Below, piece after piece: positions 49,637 to 63,429 of a stretch of DNA of 64,000 nt. Each line of letters begins with the position of its first letter. Position 1 is the first letter of the stretch. This DNA comes from Marsupella aquatica (taxonomy: Eukaryota > Plantae > Marchantiophyta): assembly GCA_973895155.1 (NCBI GenBank), contig OZ316899.1, positions 16,581,974 to 16,645,973 of the forward strand, written 5' to 3'. The notes under the pieces were generated by a model. It saw nothing but the letters and a program-made list of their open reading frames with translations. It did not search any database and was not told the DNA's origin. Position numbers and translations under genes: made by a program.

Positions 49637-52600
49637 CTATTGCAAATCATCAACCTCATCATATTCCATTTGCCCAGGTTCATCATATGTCTCTCTCAAT
49701 GTTAAGGGGATGTAGTCAGTCCCTGCCCGAGTTGGAAGTACAGTCTCATGACTAGGATGCTCGAATGCAGCATGGTCATCCAAACTGAACTCTACTTTAC
49801 TTCCATCCATCCGCCTGTTCCGTGCTTGGCTATGGCATACCACCCTCCAGCCATGTGACTCCTCCACATCTGCAAAGAAAGCCTGTTCAACTTGGCTAGG
49901 GAAAACAAAAGGCTCAGACCATTCTGGTACTCTGGACCTAAAATTGGCCAACAAGAACCCATCATGATCACGCTTCATGGTGGCCCTTGGTCTCTGCCAC
50001 TCTGATTTCACCCATGATCCCTTCATCAATATCACTGGGACACTTGTGTTACCATAATTCAACACCCAAATGTCGGTCAACTCCCCCACGTAACCCATCT
50101 TCATCCACCCCCTCTGTTCTTCAGAGGTTCTCTGCTCAAACACATAAATCAAACCACAATCATATGATACACAATGGTCACCCTGCTCATCCCTCACTCG
50201 ATAATGATTTCCATAAGCTCTCATCCGTTTGTAGGTCAGAATAGACAATCGTGGTGGCACAGATAGAAGATACAAATCCTTCTCCATATCTGGGTGATGT
50301 CTACTATGCTCTCGAATTGTCACCCGAATCCACTGCTCGAACTGTGGGAAGGGATCCTGCTGCCCAGAGTGTGCAGCTTTTTGCATATCATATTCCCTGC
50401 AATATGAGGTACAGGCATAGTTAGGTCTAAACAACACATGACAACCTAAGATCACCCTTGGAACAGACAAGAAGCATCACAACAAAGGCAAGTCAATTCA
50501 ATCACTCACCTCCACCATGGTTGCATAGGCTCTGTGTTTGCCAGCACATATGAATGAGCCTTGTCTCGAATCGCAACAGGCAGCTGAACAGCACGTCCCA
50601 CACCTTCAACAACCTCGCCACTCACTCCATCATCTTCACCAGATTTCCAAACTCTTGTCATAGCTTCACCAGACCCAGCCATGTACTCTGTTAGGAATCC
50701 CAACGTCTCATCCTTAATGTACCCCAATGCCATGGAAGCCTCTGGCCTGTAGTATGTTCTCACATGACCTTTCAACAACTTCATGTATCGCTCCATAGGG
50801 TACATCCATCTGGTACTGACTGGCCCATACTGCCCTAGCTCTTCTACCACATGGATTAGGAGATGAGTCATAACATCAAAGAAAGCAGGGGGGAAGTATA
50901 TCTCCAAGTCACAGAGGACATAAGCAGCATCCTGCTTCAACTGCTCCAATCCTTGGGGATCCCACACTTTCACACATATACGGCGAAATACATTGCACAG
51001 TCGAAGAATGACATTACGGACTGGTTTCTGCATGAGACCTCTAAGGCATAGGGGCAGAATGTGCTGCATCAACACATGGTAGTCATGTGTTTTCATACTG
51101 CCAAGTTTATTCTTTGTAATATGCTTCTTGAAGGCACCAGCATAGCCAGAGGGCACTTTCAGACAGCTCAATCTATACAAGAATGTCTTCCATTCATCCT
51201 GTGTGCACACATAGGGAGCTTGGAACTTGAGAAGTACATTGGGATTGCTTGCATGGGGCTTCAACCAAAGGTGAGGGCGAATCCCCTTCTGTTGCATATC
51301 AGCTCGAACTGCTCCTGTATCTTTCTCACCCGACAAGAACTTCAGCAAGCTCTCACAAATATTTTTCTCAATGTGCATGACGTCCACATTGTGTTTGCTG
51401 GGCTCGAATTCCTGCACTCCACAAAGCAAAGAATTCAACAACAGAAACACTAATTAACCACATAGGAGGATTGTAACCAACATCAATCCACCATTGCTCC
51501 AATCTAAAATTGCAATCATACAGGGGCTGGAGGCTAAGTACATTACCCTCCAGTACTCCAACTCCAAGTCCATCAAGGTCTGTCTTTTCACACCGTGTTT
51601 CACCACTGGATCCTCAGGTTCTCGATCAGTGGCACTTCTCTTGTCCCAATCAGCCTTCCTGGCTGCCCACCTCAGGACTTGCTCTCTGGTGACCCTCTGT
51701 GGTGGGCCACGAAGCTCTGTTTTGTTGTTGAAGTGTGCAATTTGAGACCGTGTGTGCCTGTAAGGATGATCAACAGGCAGATACCTTCTATGCCCCTGAA
51801 ATTTCATACTGTGCAGGGCATGCGACCACTCACTTGTCACATTTTTCCCACATGGTGTGCACCCCACATAGCCCTTTGTCACTCGTCCAGATATGATGCC
51901 ATGGCCTGGGTAATCTGCTATATCCAGCAAACAAATTGCATGCAGTCTAAAGGGGCTGGGTCGAAGAAGCCCCTTCAGAACATCATGGGTTAACACCCCT
52001 TCTATCCACAAAGTCTTCCACTCTTCCACTGCTGGAGCCATCATGATATCTATGAATTGCTCGGTCACAGAAGCTGGTCCAGGGATTAACAGCACCATCA
52101 TGACAAAAAACCTCTTTGTAGTCATCCATGGGGGAAGGTTGTAATTTAGCAGCGTAACCGGCCAACATGAATAACGGTTGTTTTTGTCTCCAAATGGGTT
52201 TACTCCATCCAGTGATAGACCAAATCGAAAGTTCCGCTTCTCTGCAGCAAACTGTGGCCACCTCTCATCAACAAATTTCCAATGGTTGGAATCTCCAATG
52301 TGACGCTGCAGGCCATCACTGCTCTTGTTATCAGGAGTCCATGTCATCAGCTTGGAAATGGCAGGGCATCTAAACAGACGTTGTAGTCTAGGAATGAGAG
52401 GAAAATGACGAAGAACCTTGGCAGGGTGTGTACATTTCCCTACATTCTTGTACCTGTGCTTACCACAATGAGGGCATGTCAATTTATCTGCATGCTCTTT
52501 GCGAAAGAGAACACACCCATCAGGGCATGCGTCAATAGACACATAGTTCAGCCCAAGGTTAGACATCAATTTCCTAGCCTCGTACATATTTTTTGGAATT

Positions 52601-53337
52601 GAATTACCATCTGGTAACACATTTCGGCGCAGGAAGGTCAACAACTCTGTCACAAATATATTGGGAACATTGTGATTGCCACAGATGTTCAACAACAACA
52701 CGACAAAACCCAGCTTGGAGCAGTTCGACCCCTCGTAGATAGGAATGCAAGCTTCTTTGATGTGTTTTGGGCCCCCAAACACCCACTCCCTCTCTGCTGC
52801 ACCTTCCCCAATGTCAAAGTCAGGTTCAGCTTGGCCGTCGCCAATGTGTGGCTGCGGTTCATTGTCCTCTTCTGATTCCACTGTGTCGTAAAAAGCATCA
52901 AGGTCTTCAAAAATCTCTTGAACCATTCTTGGGACATCCATCCCACCGTCCTCAGTGACTGCCTCTGCATCTCCATCTTGGTCATCCACGTTCTCATGTT
53001 GGACCCCAGGACCATCCTCTGCACAGTCTATGTCCTGCTCTACGTAGTCTCTACGCCTAGCTGTATTAGAATCCACAAAGTCAGCTCTCCACTCTTCATC
53101 AGAGGAGTCTTCTTCTGCTGGTACATTCCAAACCCTCCACCGAGGGTGCCTTTCATGCCGCAGCAGGTGAAGGTGCACAGTGTTCAAACTCAATGACTTG
53201 AATCCTTGGCACTGTGTGCATGGGCATCTCATCCTCCTACTCCTACCTTGGGCGGCCCGGGCTTGTTCACGCATCCACAATTTAGAATCATGATGCCTAA
53301 TCCTAAATGGGTTGTGAAGAGGCAACCTTGGAGCCAT
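49637..53337 (-). CDS. tnpD: CACTA transposase (TnpD/Tnp2), apparently intact, 3 exons, ~1150 aa
   Basis: Exons 53337-51547, 51411-50510 and 50396-49637 join in frame through GT-AG introns 51412-51546 and 50397-50509. Motifs CPCTQC, LSLDGVNPF, DIADYPG, DVMHIEKN. Confidence 0.9.
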
Positions 53338-53655
53338 CACTATACACACGCACTCAGCACCCTGTCATTTTATTATGCAAGTGAAAAATACACTTCCTGT
53401 TAAGGATTTCACCCCCGACTGTACTTGCCAAAATACGTAACGTTCCAAAAAAACAAAAAATATAGGTGCCTGAGTCATGTACCTATTCTCAAGTGAATGA
53501 GACAAAATTCCTAAATGTTTGAGGGTGTCAACTCCTCCGCTGTCCTCACATGTACTGCCTCTACACGTACATCCATGACCATATCAGAGTCCAATCATGT
53601 ATAGTCATAGACACAGGTGCCAGGTGCGAGACCGGTGTGAGATGTCCTCATCTTA

Positions 53656-53898
53656 CTACCACATCAAATACGGATACCAATCTTGTTGTCGATGCCACTC
53701 AGCCCTGAGGTACTCAGGCATGTACATTAAGTCATCAAGGTCTAAACCCTGCTCATGCCATGGTGGTCTTCGATCCGTGCCTACAAGCAGTGGCAGCAGT
53801 GCCCTCCATGGTGCACATGTTGCTACCAAGTCCCTCCACTGGGTACTAATTAGTCTATATTTGCAGATATCTTGTGCGCCAGACACCACAAGAACCCT
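53656..53898 (-). pseudogene. 3' remnant of the F-box-like cargo gene, truncated by the deletion
   Basis: Matches 22148-22390; its 5' part is lost at the ACCCT junction. Confidence 0.7.
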
Positions 53899-56800
53899 GA
53901 CTTACATGCAATCGATACAATCTGCTTCTGTTGGCTGTCCTACAGCTCATGGCAGTGCCGTTGGGATAGGGTAAGTGAATATTGCCATAGCTGAAGCACA
54001 TTGAGCTTGCAGCAAGAAGTGAAGGAGCATGGCCAAAAGCAGAAAAGACAGACAGGTTTTACAAGAAGAAACTAACAACCGCCAATCTGCTCAAATCCGC
54101 TGCATAGATCAAACCCTCCAAACTACACAGCCCTCCTTTGAAAACAATCCAATGTGCTTTGGCTGGTGGATGACAAGGACTGGGAGAAGAGGAAACGTCT
54201 GCACAATCAATCCAAATGACGGGACACAGAGACCAGGCACAGAGAGGATTTGTGCTTAGACAAAAACCACAAATTGTAGCATGGGCGCCATAGCATTCTA
54301 GACAAAGCACAAAACATAGAATCTATGAATCTATGACTCATGGACTAACAAAATGATTGGGTAGCATGGCAAAAGGAAAGACAAATTTCAAAATGACAAC
54401 ATGGCCCGTTTCCGCCATTCATTTGACGTTGCTAGGTGTCCGTAAGATGACTGACCCACAGACAATCCCGACAACCTCATCTGACAGACTGCTTTTCTAG
54501 TGTGAAGAAATACATGATTACAAGCAACACCATGCCTCATCCAAGCAGGGAATTGAAAACATAACCATGTCATTCCTGTATTGGACAGTGTCCTCTGCCA
54601 TTGCACTGCATAGTTGTTATTCCATGTTGGTTGTCAACAGTTTGTTGGCTTGCCACAGCCTAGATAGAACAATAAAATACTGTATATGAATACAACAAGA
54701 AAAATCTGCATACAGCGATGGCCTGGTCACTTGAGGAAAAAACAAAACTAAGAAGGCAGGCACACGGGCAACCGAGAAAAAAAGCTAGTGGCGCCTCGCG
54801 GAGAATCCAGAATGGTAATGCCCTTGCCCAGAAGCTTGGGAAACAAAAGAGAAAAAAACAAAAACGAGCTACCGACCACCGTCTTGACCAGGCCCGACAT
54901 CCAAGGTATGGCTGGAGGCTGTGGTCCCCCCCTTAGTAAAGAAAAGGATGCAAGTCGGAGCACGGGGCACAAGGCATGTTTGGATCCAGGGAGGAGCAAA
55001 ACAGTAATGTCAAGCAAGAAGTGTGGAGAGACCAAATTCAGTAAACAAAAATAGGGGAGAACAAACATACATCAGCAGCAGCAGGAAACGAGAAAGTTGA
55101 TTTGGGAGGGATTGTAGGGAGAGAGCTTTCGGTGGGCTCGGCTATGCGTGAAATATCGGGAGATAGATGTGCGAGAGAGTGAAGAGGGTGGCAAGCGGAA
55201 GACAGGTTGGGACTGGTCCCTTGGTGCCGGGGGGTAATATATGGGGTTTCAATGAACAATGGGCCAGTTTGAGGAGGATTAAGTAGCGCACACCCCACGT
55301 TCTTGGGTGGTGGTTGGGTGGGGTTTTGTTTGATTGAAGAAGAAATCACCATTATCTTCTGGAAGAAAGAAAATCGCAGGAAACAGTGGACGGGAGAACA
55401 AGGCATGTAATAGAGTACTCGCGGTTACTCTAACGGTGCACGAACACTCACCTCTGTCTTCCGCTTTGTCAATGTGGCCGATAAATCCCAGAGCGCTGCC
55501 AAGCTTGGTCGTTGCTCGATGGTTGAAAGTGCGCAGCTCAGGTCCCTAGCTGAATGTTCAACTCAATGTGGGATGCGGCATCTCCTCTTGGTTGACAACG
55601 CGCAATAGCGCTTGATGGTTGACAGTGCGCAGCTCAGCTTCGAGTTCCAACGTTACGATGCACAACGTTACGAACACACAACAATGGGAGTAGGCGGCGA
55701 CAGGAATATCAGCTCTGAAGTGCAACCTTCACAGCTCACGCACATTCCAAGACTGTAAAAAAAGTCCGGTTCATGTTGTTACCGATTCTCACACCACATA
55801 AAGTCCACAATCCATAAAACACCCGTAGCGCGCCCGTAGAATAGATGCAACCCGCATGCAGCTTCACCAGCTGCAAATGGTAAGCAACAATAGAGGTAGT
55901 GGCAAGCAGAGAAAATAGAGAAGGCCAAGCATAGGCGACTTCAACTCTAACCTCCTTGCTTGACCCAGGCCTGAATGTCAGTCCACAGTGACCTCCAATC
56001 TGTTCGATCCCTTCCGCAAGCAGCCGAGCGGCAGACGACAATGTAGGGATCAAGAACCAAGTGCCAGGCGGACATTGCACAAAATGAGGAACGGGGGCAT
56101 AGACAAAATCTACCGAAATGTACCGAAATCTACTCCCTGGGGTCCAGCCCACGGATGGACATCATGCAAGGTGGTCAAAAATGGTAAGTGCAATCATTGG
56201 AGAGCTGTAGTCGCGATTACTAACGGTGCATCCACAAAATGCGTCGTCAAGTTGTCGGTGCGGCCGCAACAATTTTGACAGTCTCAGGATCACAGGTCCA
56301 CAAACAAGTTGCAAATGAAGACACGCAACGTCCAGGAGGGAAAGTCCGCAACACTAACCCTTTGTAAAGCCCCCGAGCTTACCTTCTAGCTGCCGACGCA
56401 AAGAGAAAACCTACTTGGACACTGAAGCAACCCTAAACTCAGAGTCTCACCTTAGCGCAACATCTCCTGGATTGGATTCAGCTAGCGTTGGCCCACTCTA
56501 AGCTCCCGCGCCGCTCCTTGTTGCTTCACCGTGTCCTCCCCAATGCCTCCTTTGGAGTCGCATGTAGTCTGCAGCTCACGACTCACGAACGTTAGGCCCA
56601 CAACCTTGCACAAGACACAAACGGCATTCACTATGTTCACCCAATGCCTCTGCACAGGTGCTATATTCGGGTCGATCCTGCATTCAGCGATGGCGGTAAA
56701 AGGTAAGGGGCAATCTTCAATCGTCACAAGACAACGCTACACATTCAACCAGCACAGGGAGTAGACGCTAGCAGCTTTGCATTTGAACGCTTGGCAGATC

Positions 56801-58190
56801 AATGCACTTACAACAGGAGGATGCAACTGCTCACAGCTCGCGTGAGGTGCTCGGGATGGCAAGAGTGTATACACTTAGAGCAGCATGACGCTTGGACTGA
56901 TCGAGAAAGCTCATTGTCAATGAAAAACCCTTTGGCAAAACCCCGAACACCCAAGACCCCACCACCTTGTTTCGACCACTAAGTCACGAAGAATTCTCCC
57001 GCGCCTTGCCCATGTAGTTTAGTCCGGCCCAAAAGTTAAGCGTAAACCCTTAAACAGAATTAGGGGAAGGAATTTACAAAGCCCTAACCGTTGGGGTGAG
57101 CCGTTGAGCACAGAAGCATATGTTCTGTAAACACTAGTGGACTCCAACAAGGCAAAAATGGCCTGGCAAATTACCCTAAGAAGGCAATGAATGGTCATAT
57201 TTGCACATACATGGTCGGCACATAGTGGCATTCTATTGTGCCATAATCAGGATTAAGGTTGCCCAACATTAAATCCAGTCCTAAAATGCAATATTCCTAA
57301 TTTGCTATGATGACCAAAGCACTTACAGTCACCCTAACCCAAGACTTAGTGCAAGCAGTCATGTAAGCTCGTTTCCGTTGAGGTGACCCGTTGAGCATAA
57401 TAAGTACGTCCGCGCCAGAGTGTTAGGCAACAAAAGACACAAAACTAACACGGGTTAAGGATAACTTTAAATAAAATCCTTTGGTGACAAAGTCATGGCC
57501 ACTTAATTAGTTGTGCCCCACCCTAACCCTCCCCCCCCCCCCCCCCCTTGTGGAATTAATCTTGGATCAAAAGGCACCATCATTTAGACTAAAATCAATC
57601 ACGGGCTAGACTGTTCATTGTGCCAATTAGTGGCCATGACCCTATTAAAATGACACTAGTTGGCAATGCGGAATATATCATGGTGTGGGAGTTGTACCTA
57701 GCTAGGGTTATAGTGATGCATTAGTTCCGGTTCCGGTTAGAAACCACCCTAAGCCCTCCAGTACAGTTGTACCCTAAGTTATGAAAAGTACCCGTTACAT
57801 GGATATTTACGGTGCAATGTTAGTTAAGGTTGGTGATATATACAAGGCATGTCCTTAAGCACTTAGGCCAAAAAGTAGCATGTCACCGGTCCTTCTTAAG
57901 TATACTCTTATCATGAACCCTTGTAAGACTTTGTATTATACTAGTCTTTGTGTGGACCTTTAGAGTGATTCCAAGAACAAAACCCATGATGTCCTAGAGT
58001 GTTCACCCTTCACAAAGTAGCAAGGTTACTTTTCATAGTCTTTAACTAAACCGGAAAACACTCAAAGTCTTTTATAGTCTTTAACAAAACCTTGGCAATG
58101 GATGCGAGTCATTTAAAGTATGGAAGAAGGACTTAGTGGGCTTAGTCCTATAAGGTATGGTCTAAATTACCCCGATTTCTACTAGTGTAT

Positions 58191-58605
58191 ACTCATTCAT
58201 GGATGGGTACTCTGGTTATAACCAAATCAGGATTAGGCAGGAGGACCAAATCAAGGCAGACTTCATCACGAAATGGGGGATCTATGTCTTCAATCGTATG
58301 CCGTTTGGACTCTGTAACGCACCAGCTATGTTCCAACAATTAATGGTGAACATTTTCCATGACTACTTGAGAAAGTTCATGGAAATCTTCATTGATGACT
58401 TTGCAGTATTTGGGAAGGCATCAAAACATGCTAAATACCTCAGGAAGACCTTCATGAGATGCAGAGAGGTAGGTCTCAAGTTACACCCAGATAAATGTTT
58501 CTTTGGAGTTACAGAATGTATACTGCTCGGTCACAAGGTATCAAAGAAGGGCATTGAGATTGACAAGGGTAAGCTAGCAGTATGGCTAGATATCATGCAA
58601 CCTAA
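58191..58605 (+). pseudogene. pol: Gypsy pol, part 2: RT core
   Basis: YSFMDGYSGYNQI, RMPFGLCNAPA, IFIDDF, KLHPDKCFFG, LLGHKVS. Confidence 0.95.
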
Positions 58606-58987
58606 GAGCATCCCCACCGGACTCGGTGTCCTGGACACGGTATAAGGGCTTTTTGGCAACTTTTGTGGCGTGCGGGGCCGAATTGGTGTGTACCCGCCGG
58701 TAAGGTACCCCACCGGTCCCGTTATTCTACCATGGCAAATGGAGCAACTATGGTCCGGTCCTGACAACTACAGTAAAGACAACTACAGTCCCACCATCTG
58801 CTGGCTAGAATTGCATTGGGCGCGCGAAGGTGTCTAGGAGCATTTGAAGCTCTGCAATTCAAATTGAACACCATGGATTGTCAAGCGAATGGGCGCTACA
58901 TGTGCAAGGCGCAATGAAAGAATTGAGGTGAGTGTCGATGCATTGCAAAATATTGTTTTGAGTGATTCAAAAGCAAATTGAACAGAC

Positions 58988-60297
58988 TTGGAAGCATGGC
59001 ATCTGAGCGACTCATCAAATGGAGATGATGAGGAGCAAACATGGTGGGAGACTGTTGTGGTGGCAAGGTCCGTCATTAACAACTACGAACAAGGCCCCAG
59101 GAACCGAGGTGGATCAAGGCCAGGAAAGGGAAGGAACATTGATCGAGACAGAGCACAAGGCCATGAGCAAATTTGGAAGGATTATTTCGCTGACTCTCCA
59201 GTCTACACTGACAGACATTCAAAAGAAGGTATAGAATGAGAAGACCTCTCTTTTGGAGAATTCATGATGTTGTGTGCAAGGTCAATCCGTATTTCATCCA
59301 AAAACAAGATGTTGAGGGAATTCTTGGATTATCTTCAATCCAAAAATTGACTGCTGCCTTAAGGATGCTTTCATTAGGTGTCTCTGCTGATGCCCTTGAT
59401 GAATATGTGTGAATTGGAGAGAGCATTGCCATGAAATGCTTGAAGCAATTTTGTTCTGCTGTCAAAGAGCACTGTGAGGAGGAGTACCTCAGACAGCCCA
59501 CCAAGGAGGACATCATCAATCAATTACAAATCAATGAACAATGTGGTTTCCCTGGCATGTTTGCATCTTTGGATTGTATGCACTATGAGTGGAAGAATTG
59601 TCCCGTGGCTTGGCAAGGGCTCTTCACCAACAAGGACGGAGAGAAATCCATTGTTCTGGAGGCCATAGCAGATCAATCCCTCTGGATTTGGCATGCCTAC
59701 TTTGGCTTGCCTGGTGGAAATAACGACTTGAATGTGCTGGATCGTTCCCCTCTGGTCAACAATTTCTTGATCGAGAAGTGAAGCTGATGAGGTTGGTTTT
59801 ATTGTGAATGATTGCCACTATGGTCGGTATTATTTGCTCTGTGATGGCATTTATCCAGACTGGTCCATCTTCATTAAAACTATTCAATTGCCACAAGGAA
59901 ATGCCAGAAAGTGGTTTGCCAAAAGGGGGCCCGGAAGGATGTCGAGAGGGCTTTTGGCATTTTGCATCAACGATTTGCAATTGTGAAGAACCCAGTTCGA
60001 ATGCACTATCAACATGAAATCAAGGACATCCTTTTGGCTTGTGTCATTTTACATAACATGATTGTGGAGGATGAGAGAGGTAATAGATTGCCTGCCGATT
60101 GGGACTTCTCAGACAGAGCTAGAGCTCAAGCTGGAAAAGACCTTGGTAGGCAGGATTGGGCAGAGTACTTAGCTGCTACACGAGCCATTGAAGATTTTGA
60201 AACTCACTTTTCGTTGAGAAATGACCAGGTAGCACACCTTTGGTCCCTAAAAGGACAGGGCCACCGTTTTGACTATGTGGGAAATCAAGACTTGTGA
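58988..60297 (+). pseudogene. Harbinger DDE nuclease/transposase, frameshifted
   Basis: QKLTAALRML, FPGMFASLDCMHYEWKNCP, GGNNDLNVLDRSPL, YYLLCDGIYP, RKDVERAFGILHQRF, ACVILHNMIVEDE spread over 3 frameshifts and a stop. Confidence 0.93.
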
Positions 60298-60719
60298 TAC
60301 CTAGTTTTTTCATTTTCACAGTATGCTTTGTCTGTAATAAAATGTGATTTGATGGCATCAAATTTGTTTTGCAAATGCAACCGGAAAATCTATTTGCATC
60401 CAATCTTGAGAGGGGCACTCTAGCCAAAACGTGAAGACAAAAGCTACTCATCACATACAAAAAAGTGTGTGTTGTCATTCATCTGTCTCAAAATGTACAA
60501 AAGTGGAGCAAAGTCTGTGAAAATGCTCTCGCAAATGCAGAATTCATCACGTAGGTAGAAAACCCCATCGCTGAAGTGCAAAATGTTTAAGTCACCTATT
60601 GTGACTGCCTATGTCTGTACCATGGCACTATCTAAACCTAAACTGGAGCCTCAATGGCGAAGTTGATGTGCAACTACAACTTTCTCTTGCCCTTTGAAGT
60701 TGCATTGCTAATTGAAAGC

Positions 60720-61166
60720 CTAAATAAGAATCGCTGCAGTGGAGATTGCCCTTCAAAGCTCTTAAGGTGAGGGATACTGCTAGCGAACTCCATCAATTAG
60801 ACAACCATCCCCATCACTGCCCTCGGAGTCATGCTCAATCTCCTTTTTCCTGGCCTTTTCTGCTCGCCTCTCCTGGCGCTTCTCAAGTTTCTTCAATCAA
60901 GCTTCCCTCTTCTTCTTCTGTGCTGCTGCAGCCTCTTCCTCTTCCAGGTGCTGGATCATTCGCATGATCCTATCCACTATCCTTCGCTCATTATCAATTA
61001 CAACCTGGTCCTCATTAGGAAAAAGCTCCTCTGGAGCATCAGCCAGAACCGGCCTGATGTTTGCATTGGCTGAGGAGGGGTCCTCTTGCTACTGCTCATG
61101 GGTTGCCTGCCCGGTTGGAGCCATGGTGAGGACCTTTTCGGCCATTGTCTCTTGCTTTGGAGGCAT
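60720..61166 (-). pseudogene. Possible third, degenerate Harbinger ORF (charged/coiled-coil)
   Basis: A single frame MPPKQETMAEK...RIMRMIQHLEEEEAAAAQKKKREA*LKKLEKRQERRAEKARKKE, broken only by C>T-type stops. Confidence 0.4.
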
Positions 61167-61809
61167 TGCGCAGATTGGAAAGCTGCTTCTGATTGCCCAG
61201 CCCTGTAAATGCAAAATTGTGCACAACAAAGCTCGATGGAAAAGATAGCCTGATGACTGTGCAACAAAGAAAGACGCGTAGGAAGAATGAGAGAGAGGAC
61301 TCAGCCCCCAAAGCATTTCTAGGGCCAATCTGCCACGGCCCATAAACGATGAACTTCATGGTAGGCAGGTTGAAAGTTGTGTCGATGAATGCACAAAAAG
61401 GACCGAGACAATTCCAATGCCAGACTCGTGCGTTCTGAAGGTGCTCTGAATGTACACACGCAAACTTGTCTCGGCTGATGTGACTTGCCTGTACTCATTA
61501 AATGCCCTCGGAAACATACACAATACTGGGGGTATTACCAAAGCGACTTGTCAGTACTAGCACGGGTGATACAATGGTGCATCTTTCCCTTGCCATTGCT
61601 CGTGATCACAACTGGAATTTTGTAAAAAATTATACCAACTGAATTCATGACTGAGTAAAAAAAGATGCAATTACAATGATGTACAAACTCAAATTAAACA
61701 ATTGCAATTGGATAGTAAAATTCATATGGACATCAAAGTCTATTAATTGAGTACGCAAATAAAATGTGAACTCATTCTCAATTGCACATCCTCAATCTCA
61801 AGAGGCAAT

Positions 61810-63040
61810 TACAAATTGTGCTGTAGGTTCAGCCAAAGGGACTACGGATTTTGTGCTAGGTCACGGTCAATTTCTGCAAGCATAGATCTAAATCCATAGG
61901 AAGCTTGTGGATTTGTTGATGGGGTATCAGGTACATATGGTGTGGCACCCTAGAATGAATTCCAGTTACTGAAATTCAAAGGTGGATTGCCATAGCTAGG
62001 GAAATTCTCTGTAGGTATCCTCATGGGAATGTTGTGCCCTTGTACATTTTCAGGAGCACTCTCCTGAGGGGCATTATCTACATCAACATCACCTGGGGGG
62101 AATGAGGTGCTGCAACTGGAGTTGGTATAGGGGTTCGGGTTGCAGCTCGCCTGGAAGCTGCCTCAAGAGCTTGAGCTGCAGCTCGCTCTTCTTCCTCCTC
62201 CCTCTGCAGCTTCAACATGGCAATTCTGATTTCCTTCTGTCTACTCTTGATGAAGTACTCCCGACAGTCCTCATCAATGTCATAGAGCCTAAGTGTGAAT
62301 AAATTCTGCTTGTCTTGCAATTCTGCAAGCTTCAATCGCCTAGCACTGATTTCTACCATATCTCATTGTGCATAGGCTGCCATTCGTGAGTTGCATTCAC
62401 CAACTTTCTGCTTCTTTGCAATCTTATTCCCTAGTGGCCTCAACTCACCAAAATGGGTACTCTCTTGATCAAGCTCTCTTCTGCTCTGTCTTTGGCCTTG
62501 CTCATTCTCAACTTGCTCTCCACCACACTCAGCATTTGGAGACTCATTCTCTTTGTCATCAGGGAAGCCCTTTCCCTTTCCCTTTTGCTTCCTCGCCTTC
62601 TTTTGTGCAGATTTTTGCTTCATGTCATCCATAGTCATTGCAAATCAAGGACAATCTTTCAACAAATACCACTAGTCAAGGTAGCTGAAATCCTTTGCCT
62701 TCGGATGCTTTGTCACATACAACTCCTTTTCTCTGGCCACAGTATCTTCCTCGTTCTCACCGGAATGACAAGCATCAACTACAGATGCACACGACCCTGA
62801 AAACTTGGCAAAGTCGTGTTTCAAGTCGCTCCACTTGCTCTCCAGAGATCGACAGTTCCTCTTCTGTGTGTCCTCTGGTCGATTGTCGTTGTAGTGGATT
62901 GTTGTTTGATCCCAAAACGCTCCATTCTTTTGCCCAAATCCAATGATTGGGTCTTGCAAGACATGCATCCACAAACAAACCAATTGCTTCAACTCTGCAG
63001 ATGAGAAATTGCTGCCTCTTGCTTTGGTCGCGTCTGCCAT
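61810..63040 (-). pseudogene. Harbinger Myb/SANT-like DNA-binding protein (NAM-associated-type), with stops
   Basis: RGSNFSSAE..LVCLWMHV.QDPIIGFGQKNGAFW...RSLESKWS; KDFSYLD*WYLLKDCP; RPLGNKIAK. Stops at 62672, 62363 and 62078. Confidence 0.85.
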
Positions 63041-63429
63041 TGTTGCTGTCTCTGCTTCACGAGGGGAACATGCCGCAGGATGTGGATCGTGCAATTTTTG
63101 CACAACACACATACCTGTAGCAACACAGTTGAATAGTGTTTGTCGATAGTCCTCTAGTTCCACCATGAGGATGGCGCCCCCTAGTGAATGCAGAGCCGTC
63201 CATTTCTTCCCAGATCCACAACTCTCCTCCGTGCGATTCAAATGGAGTGTTTGAGTGGGCAGGGGTAGTGCGCGGAAAAATGCCGCGCGGGAGGTCTATT
63301 TTGGCGAGACGGGATGGTGTTTTTAAAAAATCCGTGTCCCGGTGGGGATGAAAATACCCCTCCACAATCTTCCTTGCGGTAAAACCCTCACCGGGCAGGT
63401 ACTTGCCGCGTCCGGTGGGGATGCTCTAA

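Larger units (their letters stand above)
45373..58187 (-). mobile_element. CACTA transposon 3 (12,815 bp), sister of CACTA 2 with an internal deletion
   Basis: TIRs CACTAGTAGAAA(c/t)CGGGG; 3-bp TSD TAT at 45370-45372 and 58188-58190; near-identical to 13971-22390 and 26797-28330. Confidence 0.97.
58606..63426. mobile_element. PIF/Harbinger DNA transposon (4,821 bp)
   Basis: Perfect 17-bp TIR GAGCATCCCCACCGGAC; TSD TAA at 58603-58605 and 63427-63429; convergent nuclease and Myb-like genes. Confidence 0.97.

Noticed and set aside
57529-57547. Poly-C run as a functional G-quadruplex element
   Set aside because: It is a simple homopolymer, absent from the sister copy, with no supporting context.
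13971-58187. CACTA 2 and 3 as a complementing pair or an assembly duplication
   Set aside because: Both TnpA-like genes are damaged, so complementation is incomplete. Different TSDs, many substitutions and different right arms show they are independent insertions.
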